From contig JANJGN010000008.1 of the NCBI GenBank assembly GCA_026770705.1, forward strand, positions 172,174,001-172,238,000: DNA of 64,000 nucleotides, read 5' to 3'. The notes below the pieces were generated by a model, which saw nothing but the letters and a program-made list of their open reading frames with translations, was not told where the DNA came from and ran no database searches. This document shows positions 28,375 through 41,508 of this stretch, in pieces (position 1 is the first letter of the stretch; each line of letters starts with the position of its first letter). The position numbers and the translations under genes are program-made. The stretch is from Isurus oxyrinchus (taxonomy: Eukaryota).

Positions 28375-29460
28375 ACATCATGGAGTTGGGGATGATACAA
28401 TAGCATGGACACAGGGTTGGTTAACGGACAAGAAGCAGAAAGTAGGGGAAAATTGGGCATTTTCAAGTTGGCAGGCTGAGTCGGAGTGCCATAGGGATCA
28501 GTGCTGGGGCCTCAGCTATTCATAATCCATATTAATGACTTAGACGAAGAGACAGAGAGTAATGCATCTAAGTTCGCTGATGATACAAAGCTAGGAAGGA
28601 ATGCAAGCTGTGAGGATGTCACAAAAAGGCTACAAAAAGATGTAGACTGGTTAAGTGAATGAGCAACAAGGTGGTAGATGGCGTATGATGTGGGGAAGTG
28701 AAAGGTTATTCACTTTGGTCATAAGAATAGAAAAGCAAAATATTTTTTTAACAGGTGTGCAGCTTGTAACTGTTGATGTTCAATGTGTCTTGGGTATGTA
28801 CATACAAGGAACAGAAATTTAACGTGCAGGTACAGCAAGCAATTAGGAAGGTAAATTGTGCATTGGTCTTTATCGCAAGGCGAATGAGTACAAGAATAAG
28901 GAAGTCTTGCTACAACTGCAGAGAGTTTTGGTGGGATCATGCCTGGAAGCCTGTGCACAGTTTTGGTCTCGACATTTAAGAAAGAATATGTTTGCATTGG
29001 AGGCTGTACAGCAAAGGCTTGCTAGGTTGGTCCCTGGGAAGAGGGGGCTGCCCTATGATGAGAGGGGGCCTATATTGGATAAATTGGGCCTATATTCTCT
29101 CGAGTTTAGAAGAATGAGAGGTGGTCTCGTTGAAACGTTCAAGATTCTGAAGGAGCTTTGACAGGGTGGAGACAGTTTCTGCTGGCTGGAGAATCTAAAA
29201 CAGGAGGGCACAGACTCAGGATAAGAGGCCAATCATTTAGAACCAAGATGAGGAAACATTTCTTCACTTGAAGGGTTGTGAATCTTTGGAATACTCTACC
29301 CAAAGGGTTATGGGTGCTCCATCGTTGAATAAGTTCAGATACACAAATTTTTGGTCTTCCAGGGAATCAAGGGAGAGCAGGAGGGAAAGTGGAGCGGTTT
29401 TAAAATCACCCAGGATTATACTGAATGATAATACTCATGCTCCGATTTCTCGTGTTCTTG
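28375..29460 (+). mobile_element. CR1-clade LINE 3' fragment
   Basis: GVP.GSVLGPQLF and SKFADDTKLG remnants, then LGLYSLEFRRMRG; several stops and frameshifts. Confidence 0.9.
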
Positions 29461-32400
29461 TACTAAAATGGGTGGTGTGTGCCTGTTTAAATCTTTAAAC
29501 AGGTTTATGAAACATCAGTCTCTCTGAGCAAGCCATTTAAAAAAATAAGTTCACACAAGGCTGTGACAAATACTACTACAGTAATCAAAGCTATTCGGAT
29601 ATCAACAGTCACTCCCTGTCTGCAATGTTAACTCTATACTTTTAAATCATGTAAAACAAAATTGCTTCTACATCTCTCTCTTTGTTTTCTTTTTAAGTTT
29701 CCTTGCATTTTATTGATAATTGGTGTAAATGATTCTACACTTTAGCCCCCTCAATTTAATTTTTTGGTCTAATTTTATCTGCCTCTTAATTCCTCTTGTC
29801 CATTGTTTAGTGAGGTGCATATTACAAAAACTCATTTTTGACATGCCAAGTACTGCCTCCAAACTCAGTCAATTAACTGTCAGGAGGCTGAATTACATGG
29901 CTGCAGGTCAATTTCTGACCATAATAAAGCATCAGGTGTACAACTTATTCAGCTGTCAGAAGTCCAATTTGAATCCTATACATCATAAACCTTCACTAAA
30001 ATAGGACTGGAATGGAAAAATGATGATCCTTGGGCTAATCTACAAAAACGAAGCTCAAAGAGCTGCAGTGGTTTTCACTGGAAGGAAAGAAATAAGACGA
30101 CATGATTTAAATCTCTTCCTTTGGACACTCCTGATTTGTCTCTGGAGCTTTTGCCAACGTGTGTGTGGTTGAACACACCAATAATGCTAAACGTGTCCTT
30201 GCATAACCATCTGTCTATGACACTGGAATAATTTAGCCTAGTGGAGAAGTTTTATCAGACCAGCTTAACCAGATTCATAGCTGTGATCATTTCCCATTCG
30301 CTAAACGTCCCAATTTGCCTTGAATTAGGGAAGGCATGGGATCAAAGATGCGTAACATTAGATTTAAGGTCATACAGACACTCAGGAGTTCTAAATGATT
30401 AAAATTCCGATTGCAGCTCTGAGAATTCTTAGGTTAAACATTATAATTTAATTGACAAATAATGAAAATGGGATGTTCAATGATTCTTTACATTTTCTCT
30501 TATTAAAAAAAATTAAATTCATTTTGCTTAATGTTATGCAGCATAAATTATGTAGGCTTTTAAAGCCTGAAAGGAAATAATCTATTATGTCACACGACAC
30601 AAATTCAGTATTTCAAATGAATTATGTGTAGATATTTCAAAAGGACAGCTACTAGAACACATGACTGATTTTTGGAGATATCACATCCTAGTGTGCCCAT
30701 TTATGATTAGCAACAATATCGACAAGTAGACACTCAGCTGTACAAACAACCACTTAAAGAAGGCCCACCATCCCTTCTCAAGGGATGGGCAATGAATGTG
30801 GCTTTGCCAACATTGCCCATAATTAGAGAACAATTTTTTTTAAAAATCAATAAATTTCAACATCTTTAATCCAATACTTATGCCAAAAAATTGTTCTGGG
30901 TAAAGATCCTGCACCAAATTAATAGTGCAACAAGGTACAGTGCTCCCTATCAAAACAGCAGGCCACCACACTTCCTGTCATATTTGCATTAACAATATAT
31001 ATGATGCATCATCACGTTGATGTTACAGCTACAGATTATACAGCTGAAATGAACTCAGGTCAAACTATTCACCATACATGCTGAGCCAGCAATCTTGCAC
31101 CAATTACTATTTCCTGTGAAGCAAACCGCATATATTGGCTGTGTTCCAGTTTTAGACGAATCATCAAATGCCAGGAACCTGTAATCCAATCTGAGAAACC
31201 TGTTTGCAGTACAGCAATATTAAGTTGAATGCAAAGGGTATCTTCTAGTTCCCAAGAATTTCTTCAGGACAACAATAACTTATATTTACAGCGCCTTTAA
31301 CATAACAAAAATTCCCAAGAGCTACACAGAAATATTATAAAGTATAACAGTAAGCCATAGAGCGAAATTAGCTCAGATGACCAAAAGCTTGGTCAGAGGT
31401 AAGTATTAAGCGAGGCTGAGTGTGTGGGGAGGGAATTCCAAGGAAAGAATGGTGTTTAAAATAAAATTGCTGTAAACAGGAATTTTGACAGGTATTTCAG
31501 TATAAAAAAAATTGATTCCAAAACGTTGATTTTTGTTTCACAGATGACGATCTGAAATTTCACAATTCACAATGCTATTGCCTTCAATAGCATGTCATAA
31601 GTATTCCATTTATGGGTCTCCAAGGAATCAAATTCAATTATTTACAATTTAGTAACGGTGGTTACATTTCCCAATTGACTTTAATTGCTTTTTTGTACCA
31701 TATCTACTCATCTTATCCATTTTCACTCCTTTGCAGCCAAAGTAGCTCACTAGGAAACAACGATATTATTGTGTTTGATTTTCTTTAAACAACCACTAAA
31801 GCAGATGAAACAGGTGAAAGTGAAAATGGATTTCGAACATTAAGTACTTGGAATTTTAATCATGAATATACTCCATCTAATTACTATTTAGAACAATCTG
31901 TTCCTGAAAAAAGTAGTAACCTCTCTATAAAAAACAAACGTTATCTATGACTGTGTTAGGCAATCAAGAAAAGACTGGCTGTGGTGCCTTTAGCTAGTAG
32001 TCGCTATACTTCCTGTTAATTGGTTCCAGTCAATTTAGCTCATTTTCTTAATTTTCTCATTTTAGACTCTTTGTGTTTGAATAGAATCTTGCTACAGATA
32101 AAATAAAATGGCTCCAATCAACTCAAATACACTAAACATATATTTTTCAATAACAAATGGATGCACTCTTTGGTGACCTCCTCTACTTAAATCATAATGG
32201 CATGTCTGCATAACTTTGTCACTGCAGTTGGAATTGCGATGAGTAATGTTGCACTATTCTTGGGTCAGATAAAAGACACTTCCTTTAATTCACCTTGATT
32301 TGTGGGTAATGTTGGCAATGCTGGCATTTATTGCGCATTATCTAGTTACTCTTGACAAGGCGGTGGGTCTTCTTGAACTGCTGCAGTATGTGTGGTGAAG

Positions 32401-32769
32401 TTACTGTTAAGTAGGGAGCTTCAGGATTATGACCTAGTGGCAGTAAAAGAACAGCAGTATGTATCCAAGTCAGACTGGAGTCTCTTGGAGGTGAACTTAC
32501 GAGGTGATGGCGTTCCCATACAGATTCTGCACTTGTGAAGGTCACAGGTTTGGGATTCTGCATTCTGCAGATAGTGCACACAACAAACATGGTATGTTGG
32601 CAGTGGAGAGGGTAGTGCTACGATCCCGATAGAGACCAACAACTTTTTAAAAAGATATCTGAACTCCCAGTAACCGACTCAATGGATCACATGACAAGGT
32701 TTCACATTTTAAGGCTGTTCCTGTAATAAACAAACTAACATCAACGGCAACTGAACATTAGTCAAAATC

Positions 32770-32910
32770 AGACTACTGCAGATGTTGGGAGTCAGAAATA
32801 AAAACAGGAAAGGCAGCATCTGTGGAGAAAGAAAACCGAGTTAACATTTCAACTCAATGACATTTCATTCGATGAAAGGTCATCAATGTGAAACATTAAC
32901 ACAGTTTTTC
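32770..32910. mobile_element. Degenerate Penelope-like inverted pseudo-LTR remnant
   Basis: ggcagcatctgtggagaaaga..gttaacatttc..tgacatttcattc|gatgaaaggtca..gaaacattaac resembles the 44053 element and is imperfectly palindromic. Confidence 0.5.
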
Positions 32911-33113
32911 GACTAAACATTACTTAGCAGACAAGTAATTCTCTAAGCTACAGAAAAAACATCTCGCCTTAACTTCCGAACACAACCGAAAACTTCATGC
33001 CTTTGAAATGATGCGAATCACAAATAATTTAGATACAAGTGATACAAAAGACAAATACAAAACTAACTAGCTTCAAGTGAGAATAGTGATCGTGTTGCAC
33101 TAATAAACTTTTA

Positions 33114-33686
33114 GGGCAGAATTTTCTGCTTGCTGGGTGGGCAGACCCAACCCAATCTCCGACGGGTGGGGAGCCGATCCCCGCCGGAGAAGCGGACCCC
33201 GTCGCCATTTTATATGGGCGGGCCAATTAAGGCCTGCCCAGCCTGAAGCGCTATGAGCTCCCTGTGAGGGCGGGGGGGATTCCCCAAAAGCGAGAGTCGC
33301 TCTTTCACACGTGCTAAGTGCAGCCTCAGGGAGATCACTGACACTTTTAAAAATGTTAAAAAATAGAAAAAAAAAATCCTTAACATGTCCCCCTCAGGTG
33401 ACAATGTCACATGAGATGGGACATGTTCATAATTTACACTGAAACTTTATTAAACTTTTTAAATCCCTGCATGAAACCTCATCCCGCCAGGGCAGGTCCT
33501 TTAATTGTTTCAATGATCCTGTCAATTGGCGACTGCCAGGTCGCCGGGCCTGCAGCTGACTTTGCTGTGCCCCCGCCTTCCTGAAAATTTAAATGGGGCG
33601 GGATAATGTCAGGGGAATCCCTCCAACGTCATTGTGTGTCGGCGAGTGGGCCCCACTCCCTGCTTGCCGACGGCAAAATTCAGCCC
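33114..33686. mobile_element. PIF/Harbinger-type MITE
   Basis: TIRs GGGCAGAATTTT / AAAATTCAGCCC (1 mismatch), TTA target duplication at 33111-33113 and 33687-33689, GC-rich interior. Confidence 0.8.
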
Positions 33687-34459
33687 TTAAAGTGAGCTGG
33701 GTAAATATCAATTTGATAGCAGTTATAAACGGGCAATCTCATTCTCAGTGGAAAATAAAGTTTGGATGTTCCCAGGACCATGGAATTGCTGTCACATTTA
33801 ATAATGTAGGTTTCAATATTGTAAAATAATTTCAAAATGTTGTATGATTATTTTTCAGGTGGTAAATGATGAATTTCAGATTGCTCCAGCTTTCTAGTTT
33901 TTTCTGCCCCTCACCCCCCCAATGGTTTGTCAATTGGAAGGAGGGAGTGAGAAAGTCCATAATAGCAAATTGCTCTAAAGAGCTCATCTAACTAACCGGA
34001 CCAGATGGTTAATGCAATGCTTTTTTGTTTGTTTGCTCTGAATATTTTTACAACACGCAGATTGCAGTATTAGAAAAATATCTTCCTGTAAACATAAATG
34101 CAAAGAGCACTTGTACCCATCTTCCCAACTCATCGATGCAATTCTCTGCTGAGGGCTCAAGACTGCAGGAGATTCAAAACTGAAATACATCATTTCTAAG
34201 CACAAGTGAATATGGGGGAATGGGACAAAGGGAAAACAAGCTAATCCTTAGAGGATAACCACAGTTGTCTCAGTTACAATATCTTGGAAAGTTTACAGGA
34301 TTATTCAAGACTCTCTTCTTGATATTCCAATTGACATTATAAGATCTATTTTTTCCAAGTAAATAGGTGCAAGGAAATGACTGAATTTATAACAGAATTA
34401 ATACAAATATGTATGAAAACATCAAAAATAACACTGCGAAGTATTGGCAAAAACGATAC

Positions 34460-34573
34460 CTTGCATATCTTGTACAAGGAATCCTGACCATCTCCTCCAG
34501 TGTCCTTAAAGTAATCATGTGCTGGAAAAGTTCGATTGATGTCCCTGGTGATTGCACTATCCTGGGGAGATTC
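34460..34573 (-). CDS. RABGAP1: RABGAP1 internal exon, TBC domain with arginine finger (ESPQDSAITRDINRTFPAHDYFKDTGGDGQDSLYKICK)
   Basis: 114 nt, 38 codons. Polypyrimidine tract plus cag acceptor; AAG|GTATCG donor. Contains the TBC IxxDxxR motif and matches recalled human RABGAP1. Confidence 0.96.
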
Positions 34574-36855
34574 CTGTTTCCCAAAAAAAAAAATGCACAT
34601 TACTATGGGTAAAGATAAAAGGCTTAAAATATATGACAAAATATGTATTAGAACAGGGCACATATTCAATGATTACTTATCAAAATATATGGAGTCCAAG
34701 TGCACAAATATATACATGGACAATGCAGGAGCAATTCTACCGCAATGGGTTAATATAGTGTCCCTTCACCTCAGGATGTATGTTAAATTCTTTGGAGATA
34801 AATTAAACACACAGCACAGATTAGAAACATAGAAAACAAGAGGAGTGGGTCATTCAGCCCTTCGAGCCTACCCCGCCATTCAATATGATCATGGCTGATC
34901 CTCTATCTCAACACCATACTCCCACGCTCTCCCCATACCCCTTGATTCTCTATAGATTGCCAATAGGTTTAAGTAGCATGAATGTGAGAAGCATCAAAGT
35001 GGTTTCCAGTGAGAACAACTGCTTAGCATAAACTGTCCATAATGTATTATTATGGCAGCCAATTTCACTAATGATGTTGTGCTGATACCAACAGTACAAC
35101 TGTCTGGTACTACATAAATAAGACTCTAAAAAAGTGCTGCTTCAGTGAAATCCACTGTACTATATTTGTTTGGCAGTTTTCCTCCAAAACTTTCAGCAGC
35201 AGTGCATGTGAGGCCACCAATACCTGGAGCAACAGTGGTTCATGTATCCTACAAACCAAACCACTGTGGTGAATCCACGTAGTTCCCTTAATCTCCACTG
35301 TTGCATATGTTTACATATGTGCACTGCAAGGAGTTTGCATCCACCCAGTTATACAGGAGTCAGCCTCAACATGAATGTGCGTTCAAAACATTCAGAGCCT
35401 GACCAGTACAAGTGTACTGACTTAGTGTTTAACTATTTCACAAGACAATACGAAGTAATATTGACATAGTGGTAAAATTTACAGAAGACATGGGGAGAAG
35501 GTATAATCCTAATTCAAATTATTTGTTTGAGTTGATAAACTTGGATGAGTTCCACTCTATCAAGAGTGGGAGCCAGGTCTGCAGAGTATTGGAATAGTCC
35601 ATTTCGGGGGTGACTAAGGCATGATGAGCACCTCTTCGTCAACTGTATTAAGGCAGATTTCATCATTCTTTATAATGCAGAGGAAATGGGGCCAGAAGCT
35701 CGGCTTGGATTTAACATACCATAAAATATTCTATGATACCACAACACCAAACTAGTGAATTTAATTCTGAAGACTCCAGTTTATTTTTCCTACAATAGAT
35801 AAGAAAAGTGTGAAAACAGTTTGCTAAATTTAGGAGGTAATGCTAGCTTTCATCACTGGGAGACAACGGGTAACAGCAAATCAACTGTTCGTTTTACACC
35901 TCACTTGACTTCAATTGGGGGTGGGGTGGGGTGAGGGGGGGAAAAATTGGACTACTGACTTGCTATCACTTGTTTTTTGCCAGGCACCAATTAAAATGAT
36001 CACCTGTTAGAATGCACAAATGACCAGTCACTGATAGGTAAAAATTACAAGCTACTAAAGAAGCCATTACTCAAGTAATAAGATCAGCTGTTTCCTTTAT
36101 AAAGTACACTAGACAAATACTTCAGTTTCAACTGAAAAAAGAAATCACCAAAAGACTTAAGTTTATGGCCATCATGCAGTGGTTTAGCGACAAATGTTCT
36201 GTGGCGTGGACTATGTTTGCACATCTGCTTGATCTCCAACCTTAACTTTGTAGTCATCAAGTTGCGAAGGCAGTGTTCATTTGAGATTGCAGCAAAATAA
36301 AAGTCCATTTTTAGTAATACTGAAAGACGATAACCTCCAAAAATGCGGAGCACACAAAACAAGCTGAGCTAAAATTAGCAAAGAACACATGCCAGTTTTA
36401 TTGCTCATTAAACTGTTACCATGTTCCAGTCACATAACCCTGCTGACGCTTTTATTTCTTTGCAAATATACTCAACATCAACTTTGGAATAAGAAACAAG
36501 AAATATTTCGATATTAGCATAATACTAAAATACCACAAGAAACAATTCTTTACAATACAAACTTGCTTAGCGCAAAAACTGTTTAGACCACATCTCTGGT
36601 GGGATACTGCTCTCTCTCTCTCTCTCTTTGTAGAATTGCTCATTATGGTTCTAATTATCTTTTCCACATTTGCCCATGAGCAACCATTTCCAACTTGGTT
36701 TTGATGAATTTCCACTGGCAAATCAGGGGCACACTTAATTGACAGAATGCATGAGGTGGGTGGGTGGGTGAGGAGGTAGCTGGGTCAGGTTGAGGTGGTA
36801 GTTGCACCCGGTCGAGTGTGCAGGTATGGCAATTTGGTGGTGGTGGTTGGGGGGT

Positions 36856-36961
36856 GGCGGCGGACGGAATTGGGTTCATTGTGCAGCTGCCCGGGAGGGG
36901 TGGGGGGGGGGGGGGGGGGGGGGCGGCGGCGGACGGAATTGGGTTCATTGTGCAGCTGCCC
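36856..36961. repeat. Perfect 37-bp direct repeat separated by a G-rich spacer containing a 22-G run
   Basis: ggcggcggacggaattgggttcattgtgcagctgccc at 36856-36892 and 36925-36961; G run at 36902-36923. Confidence 0.9.
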
Positions 36962-38224
36962 AGGGGTTTTAACCTGTCTAACATTTCCTGGGTAACTATC
37001 AAGGTAAGTACTGTAGATTTCTCCACAAAGTCTTGATTCTAGCTCAGAGTCTGTGACATTCTTGGAGGAATCTGGGGAGCAGGGGAATTGTCCAATGGAA
37101 GTTTAAGCTTCCTAGGCAATTCCCATGTAGGTCCACACATTAGGACATCCACAGGTCATGACATGCATTGTCAGTTGCATGTCTGATTTCCCAAGAGCTG
37201 GCAATTGGAAGATTTAAGCCAATGTTTCAAATTTACTGCCCTTGCTTCCAGAGCTCAGTACTTTGGTCACCTATTCTGTATTTTATTTTCTGACAAACTT
37301 AAACAGCTTAGGAAAGTAGGAACAAGGCTCTTTGGACCTAAATAACTAGGTGAGCTCATAGTTAAGAAAGTAAAATTAGCTTAGTATCTTTTTTTTGATA
37401 ATTGATCAATTTCATCATCTACTTGGAAATATTTGCACATAGTCTATCATCCCAAACATACAGGAATTACAAAAACAAAAAGGTCGATGAAGTTAATTTG
37501 TAACTTTTTAATGAAGCCATTTAGAGTGGACCAATTACATTTTTCCCTATTAGCTTTGAGAGTAATCTCATAATTCTTTGACTTTAGATCAAGAAATAAT
37601 GCAGTTGTTTGCCATTTGTATATTGCAAACACTTAGCCCTCTTTAAATAAAGATATTTTTCCACATACCTGTTCAAATTTACTTTTCATTCATTTTTATT
37701 TGTGCTTCCTGGTCCTACATCCTTGGCATGCTTAGAAGCGTGTTGCTCTGCAGTTCAATACATGGGATACTTGGTCTAAGCCCAGGTGAAATCTTATGAT
37801 TGTTAAACTGGATACTAATCCCAAAACAGAGACAAGCAAACGCAGCACTTAATATTTCCTTCAATAAACCAACAAAAGCTGCCTGGAGGGAAGCAAACCA
37901 ATCAGTGGTTAAATTTGCCAACTAGGGTTTTGCTGAATACCTTCAGTCAGGGGAGCCTGTGAGAACTGGAGTTAGAGGATGTGCCTGGACTTTTTCAGTA
38001 TTCATTTTCATGGCAAACTGACATGTTTATTTAATATATTAACTTTGGCTTTAGCAAAGGTATTTCAAGTTTACACATCATGTCTGATAGATTCAACAAT
38101 ACAAAATATGACTTCGCTGGTAGGTATGCTACATAAAGTTCTCATCCACCTGGATGAATGAAATAGCCTGGCACGATTTTTTAGTGTGTAGTAATGAAAA
38201 AAATTGTTAACCGTAGAGGGGAAA

Positions 38225-38558
38225 TGGTGGTGCACTGACAATGCCACTGGACTACAAATCTAAATGCCCAAGCTAATTGCGCTGGTGACATGGGTTCAAA
38301 TCCCACCAGGGCAGCTGATGGAATTTAAAAATTCAATTAATAAAATCTGGTATTAAAAGCTAGTCTCAGTAACTATCAATTGCTATCATCTGGAAATCTG
38401 CCATTCTTACCTGGTCTGGCCTCCATGTGACTCCAGACCCACACAATATGGTTGACTCTTAACTGCCATATGAAATGGATAAGCAAGCCACTCAGCTCAA
38501 GGGCAATTAGATGCTGGCCTTGCTAGCAACACCCACATCCCATGAAAGAATAAAAAAA
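38225..38558 (+). mobile_element. tRNA-derived SINE
   Basis: A-box-like tggtgcactg, B-box ggttcaaatccc, LINE-derived tail ending gaataaaaaaaa. Confidence 0.75.
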
Positions 38559-39699
38559 ATACTAGGGGATGACCTCTTTTCATTAAGGATATGGGTCCTA
38601 TGCAAAATTTGAACAAAGCCCACACTCGTATTCTCCCATTCACATCTCTACATCTCCATGCTATACAACTGATAAGAATGTAGCTTACATCAAATTACTA
38701 GCTAAATTGTATAAATGCTTCATTATGAATATGCCAGAATATTAAATGTGTTAAGTTTCCAATTTATTTTGTTTATAGCTTGTAACTTTATTAAACGTAG
38801 GAGGGATCGTACTCACTTCTGTATGCTATTTTGCTGAATTCAGTGACCTGAATTAATGTAGCTTCTTCATACTCAATCATCCTCGAAAAGAACTGTGCTT
38901 TTTGAAGTAGAACGGTTTCATAATTAATTTAAACCTCTCTCTATTTAGAGACTTAGTGGATTGCTCTCTTTTCTGATTGATTCACTAATATATGACAGGT
39001 TACTCGCCCTGTTGAAGAATCATTTTGGAAAAAAGTCTCCTCCTGTCATGAGATAAAAGGAAGCCCGTGTCCAGAGCAACCTCATATGAATATAGAAACA
39101 AACTTAGCATCTACCTGGAATCTACTGCCTGCTCCCATATGAAAAGTAAGCAAATTCTGCTTATGAACGTATTTTGCTTGTATATCCCTTTGGTTTGGGA
39201 TTTGTAGTGGAGTAAATTCATCATAATCCAATAAGAACAAGATGCAGATTTCCTGGTAACTTCTCATCTGTTTTATTAACTTTCTGATACAGTGTCAAAG
39301 GACAGAATTGTACACCAGGCGTCTCTCGGGAATCTTGCAATGCAGCACAGAAATCTTTAAAAAGTGAGAGTTTCATCTGCTATGGTTTTAGAAAAAAAAA
39401 ATGCCAATCTCATCACTATTCTGGATGTCTGTCTTCAACATGGATGCAAAGAAAGCAGCACATTTATTGACCAAGTGAAATTAAACATCACACCTGCCTT
39501 TTCTATTTTGCATGCAATGCTATAGATTTGGTATCAGCCTCTTAAAGGTTCAAATTGAACATCCATGTTTTTGCATTTGTTCAAGTGCTGTGTTTTTTTT
39601 TACAAGATTCTGATCAGGAAGGCTGTTAAACCAATCTTAGTTCAACATTTTAGGAAGGTCAATACTTATCCTTAATGCATTTTTCTTCCTCTCTGTTCC

Positions 39700-40150
39700 A
39701 GGTTTGCACCTCTACTACTCTACCCGAACTTGTACTTCATGTGTTGATCATTGTCTGAAGGACTTCCCAAATCAATCTTAGATTTGCCTTTTATGAATTT
39801 AAACTTGGCCCCTCTTTTTCACTCTTAGTTTGCTCTAGCTGATATATCTTTTCCCAGAGTTTTATTTTTTTTCACTTTATCAGTCTCTTCTCTGAACCTT
39901 AACCCACCTTCACTTTTCAGCTCTTCCAAATTCATGCTTTTCCTATGTACACCATCCTTTACTCTCTTCACATTCAATGAAGCTTCCATCGCAACCAAAT
40001 TGTGGTCTGAATCGACCTCAGTACCAGAGTAAAGTACGAGCATTCATTCCTTCCACTATTGGTGTATCCCTTTTTCATCAAGATGTAATCAATCCGATAA
40101 TGTTCTGTCTCCAGAAAATATCAAGAGAGAAAAGCGTAAATGAGACCTGC
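39700..40150 (-). mobile_element. RTE-clade LINE endonuclease end and linker (inverted segment)
   Basis: Minus strand RIDYIL and YSGTEVDSDHNLV, the APE endonuclease C-terminal motifs, followed by a charged linker. Confidence 0.65.
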
Positions 40151-40379
40151 TGCAGGTTTCTGGAGGTGATCAGGGAAAGTACTAAGCAAACCACAATTCT
40201 GGTAAATAGGAAAAGCACAAAGGAATTTTAGGTAATCAATAAAAAGCTGGCTGAAACGGCTAAACAATGGAAATAGAAAAAAGTGAACACAGAGGAGGGT
40301 AAACAACATGGGCTACATTGAAAATGAGCTCAGGAGGGGCTAAGAAGACTACAGAAATCTGGCTGAAGGGGCCTGGTGA

Positions 40380-41400
40380 GGAGTTAGAGGAATTGGAGGC
40401 AAAGTTCATTCATTAGGAGAGCAAAATGATTTAAAGAGACAAGCAAGAGAGCCAAAGTAAATCAAAAATAAAGATGGACAACCATTAACTGAACAACTCA
40501 AAGAAAAAAAATGGCAAGAAATGTTAAAGAAATGTGTTCCGAAGAGGAAAAGCCAGTTGAGATTGAAAGGAAGCAAGAAGAGCTGGATGATTGGGCCTTG
40601 AGTTGCTTGGATGTGAAGTAGTAATTGCAATTAGTGGAGTTCAAAATAATATGATGGAAGTGGCAGCAAATGATCTTGCTGATTTGTGTGAAATTGTGTA
40701 CTTGAAAGGGGAATGGCAAGATGATTTCATGAACATAATCGTGGAAAGGAAGCCAAATACTAGCAATGTTGTGACGGATTCCGTGCCATCAGTTTAATTC
40801 CACATGCCTCTCAGACTATACTCCAATTACATACAAGCGACGAGCAAAAGCAGAACAAAATCTTGACAAAGATCGATCCGGCAGAATATGTAGAACGAGA
40901 GGCAATAGGGAAAAACGAGAGTTCTGTGTAAATAGATGTTTTAAGCACCTCTTCTGAGATTTTGAAACAGCCTTTGAAAGAGTGACCTGGCCAAGCTAAT
41001 GGAGGTACTAAACAATATTGGTGTAGATTGGAGAGAGAGATGGCTGATCAAGGACAAACTGCAACTATTAAAGCAGATGGAGAATTTTAACACTAGGAGT
41101 GATTAGGAGTACATGGATATTGCCAGTCACCTGTGCTGTCCAACATCATGTGCAAGCAATGGTTAAGAGAAAAAAAAATTGAGTCGAGAAAGTGAGGGGG
41201 GGGGGGGGGAGGAGGGAGAGATTGGGAGGGGAGCTAGTGAAAGCTATCATATTTGCTCATAAGAGTCTAAGCAATAAGTACCATGAATGGACTGTAGTTG
41301 GTGGTACAAAAGGCTGAATAGTGCAGCAGTGATTATGGAATAAAGATCAATGTAGGCAAAGTCCGGCTAACATCAGACAAAATAAAAGCTACTGGATTGT
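40380..41400 (+). mobile_element. RTE-clade LINE reverse transcriptase remnant
   Basis: KDGQPLTE..KWQE, GEWQDDF, CDGFRAISLIPHASQTIL and AFERV remnants; heavily degraded. Confidence 0.65.
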
Positions 41401-41494
41401 GGACGACATGTGCCCAACACTACCTACTTAACTCTTAATAGTATGTACAGATGCCAAAGGAGTTGGAAGTAATATTTCAGAATGTCATCCCACA

Positions 41495-41508
41495 GGGCCA
41501 CCTGGTGG
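41495..41508 (-). promoter_or_regulatory. CTCF-like motif
   Basis: Minus strand CCACCAGGTGGCCC, 13 of 14 match to the CTCF core. Confidence 0.4.

Noticed and set aside
34446-34459. Donor GTATCGTTTT resembling a U12 5' splice site (GTATCCTT)
   Set aside because: It mismatches at +6 and there is no TCCTTAAC branch site near the 28112 acceptor; treated as a weak U2 donor.
36655-37036. Pro-rich and Gly-rich ORFs
   Set aside because: Artefacts of the G run and the 37-bp duplication.
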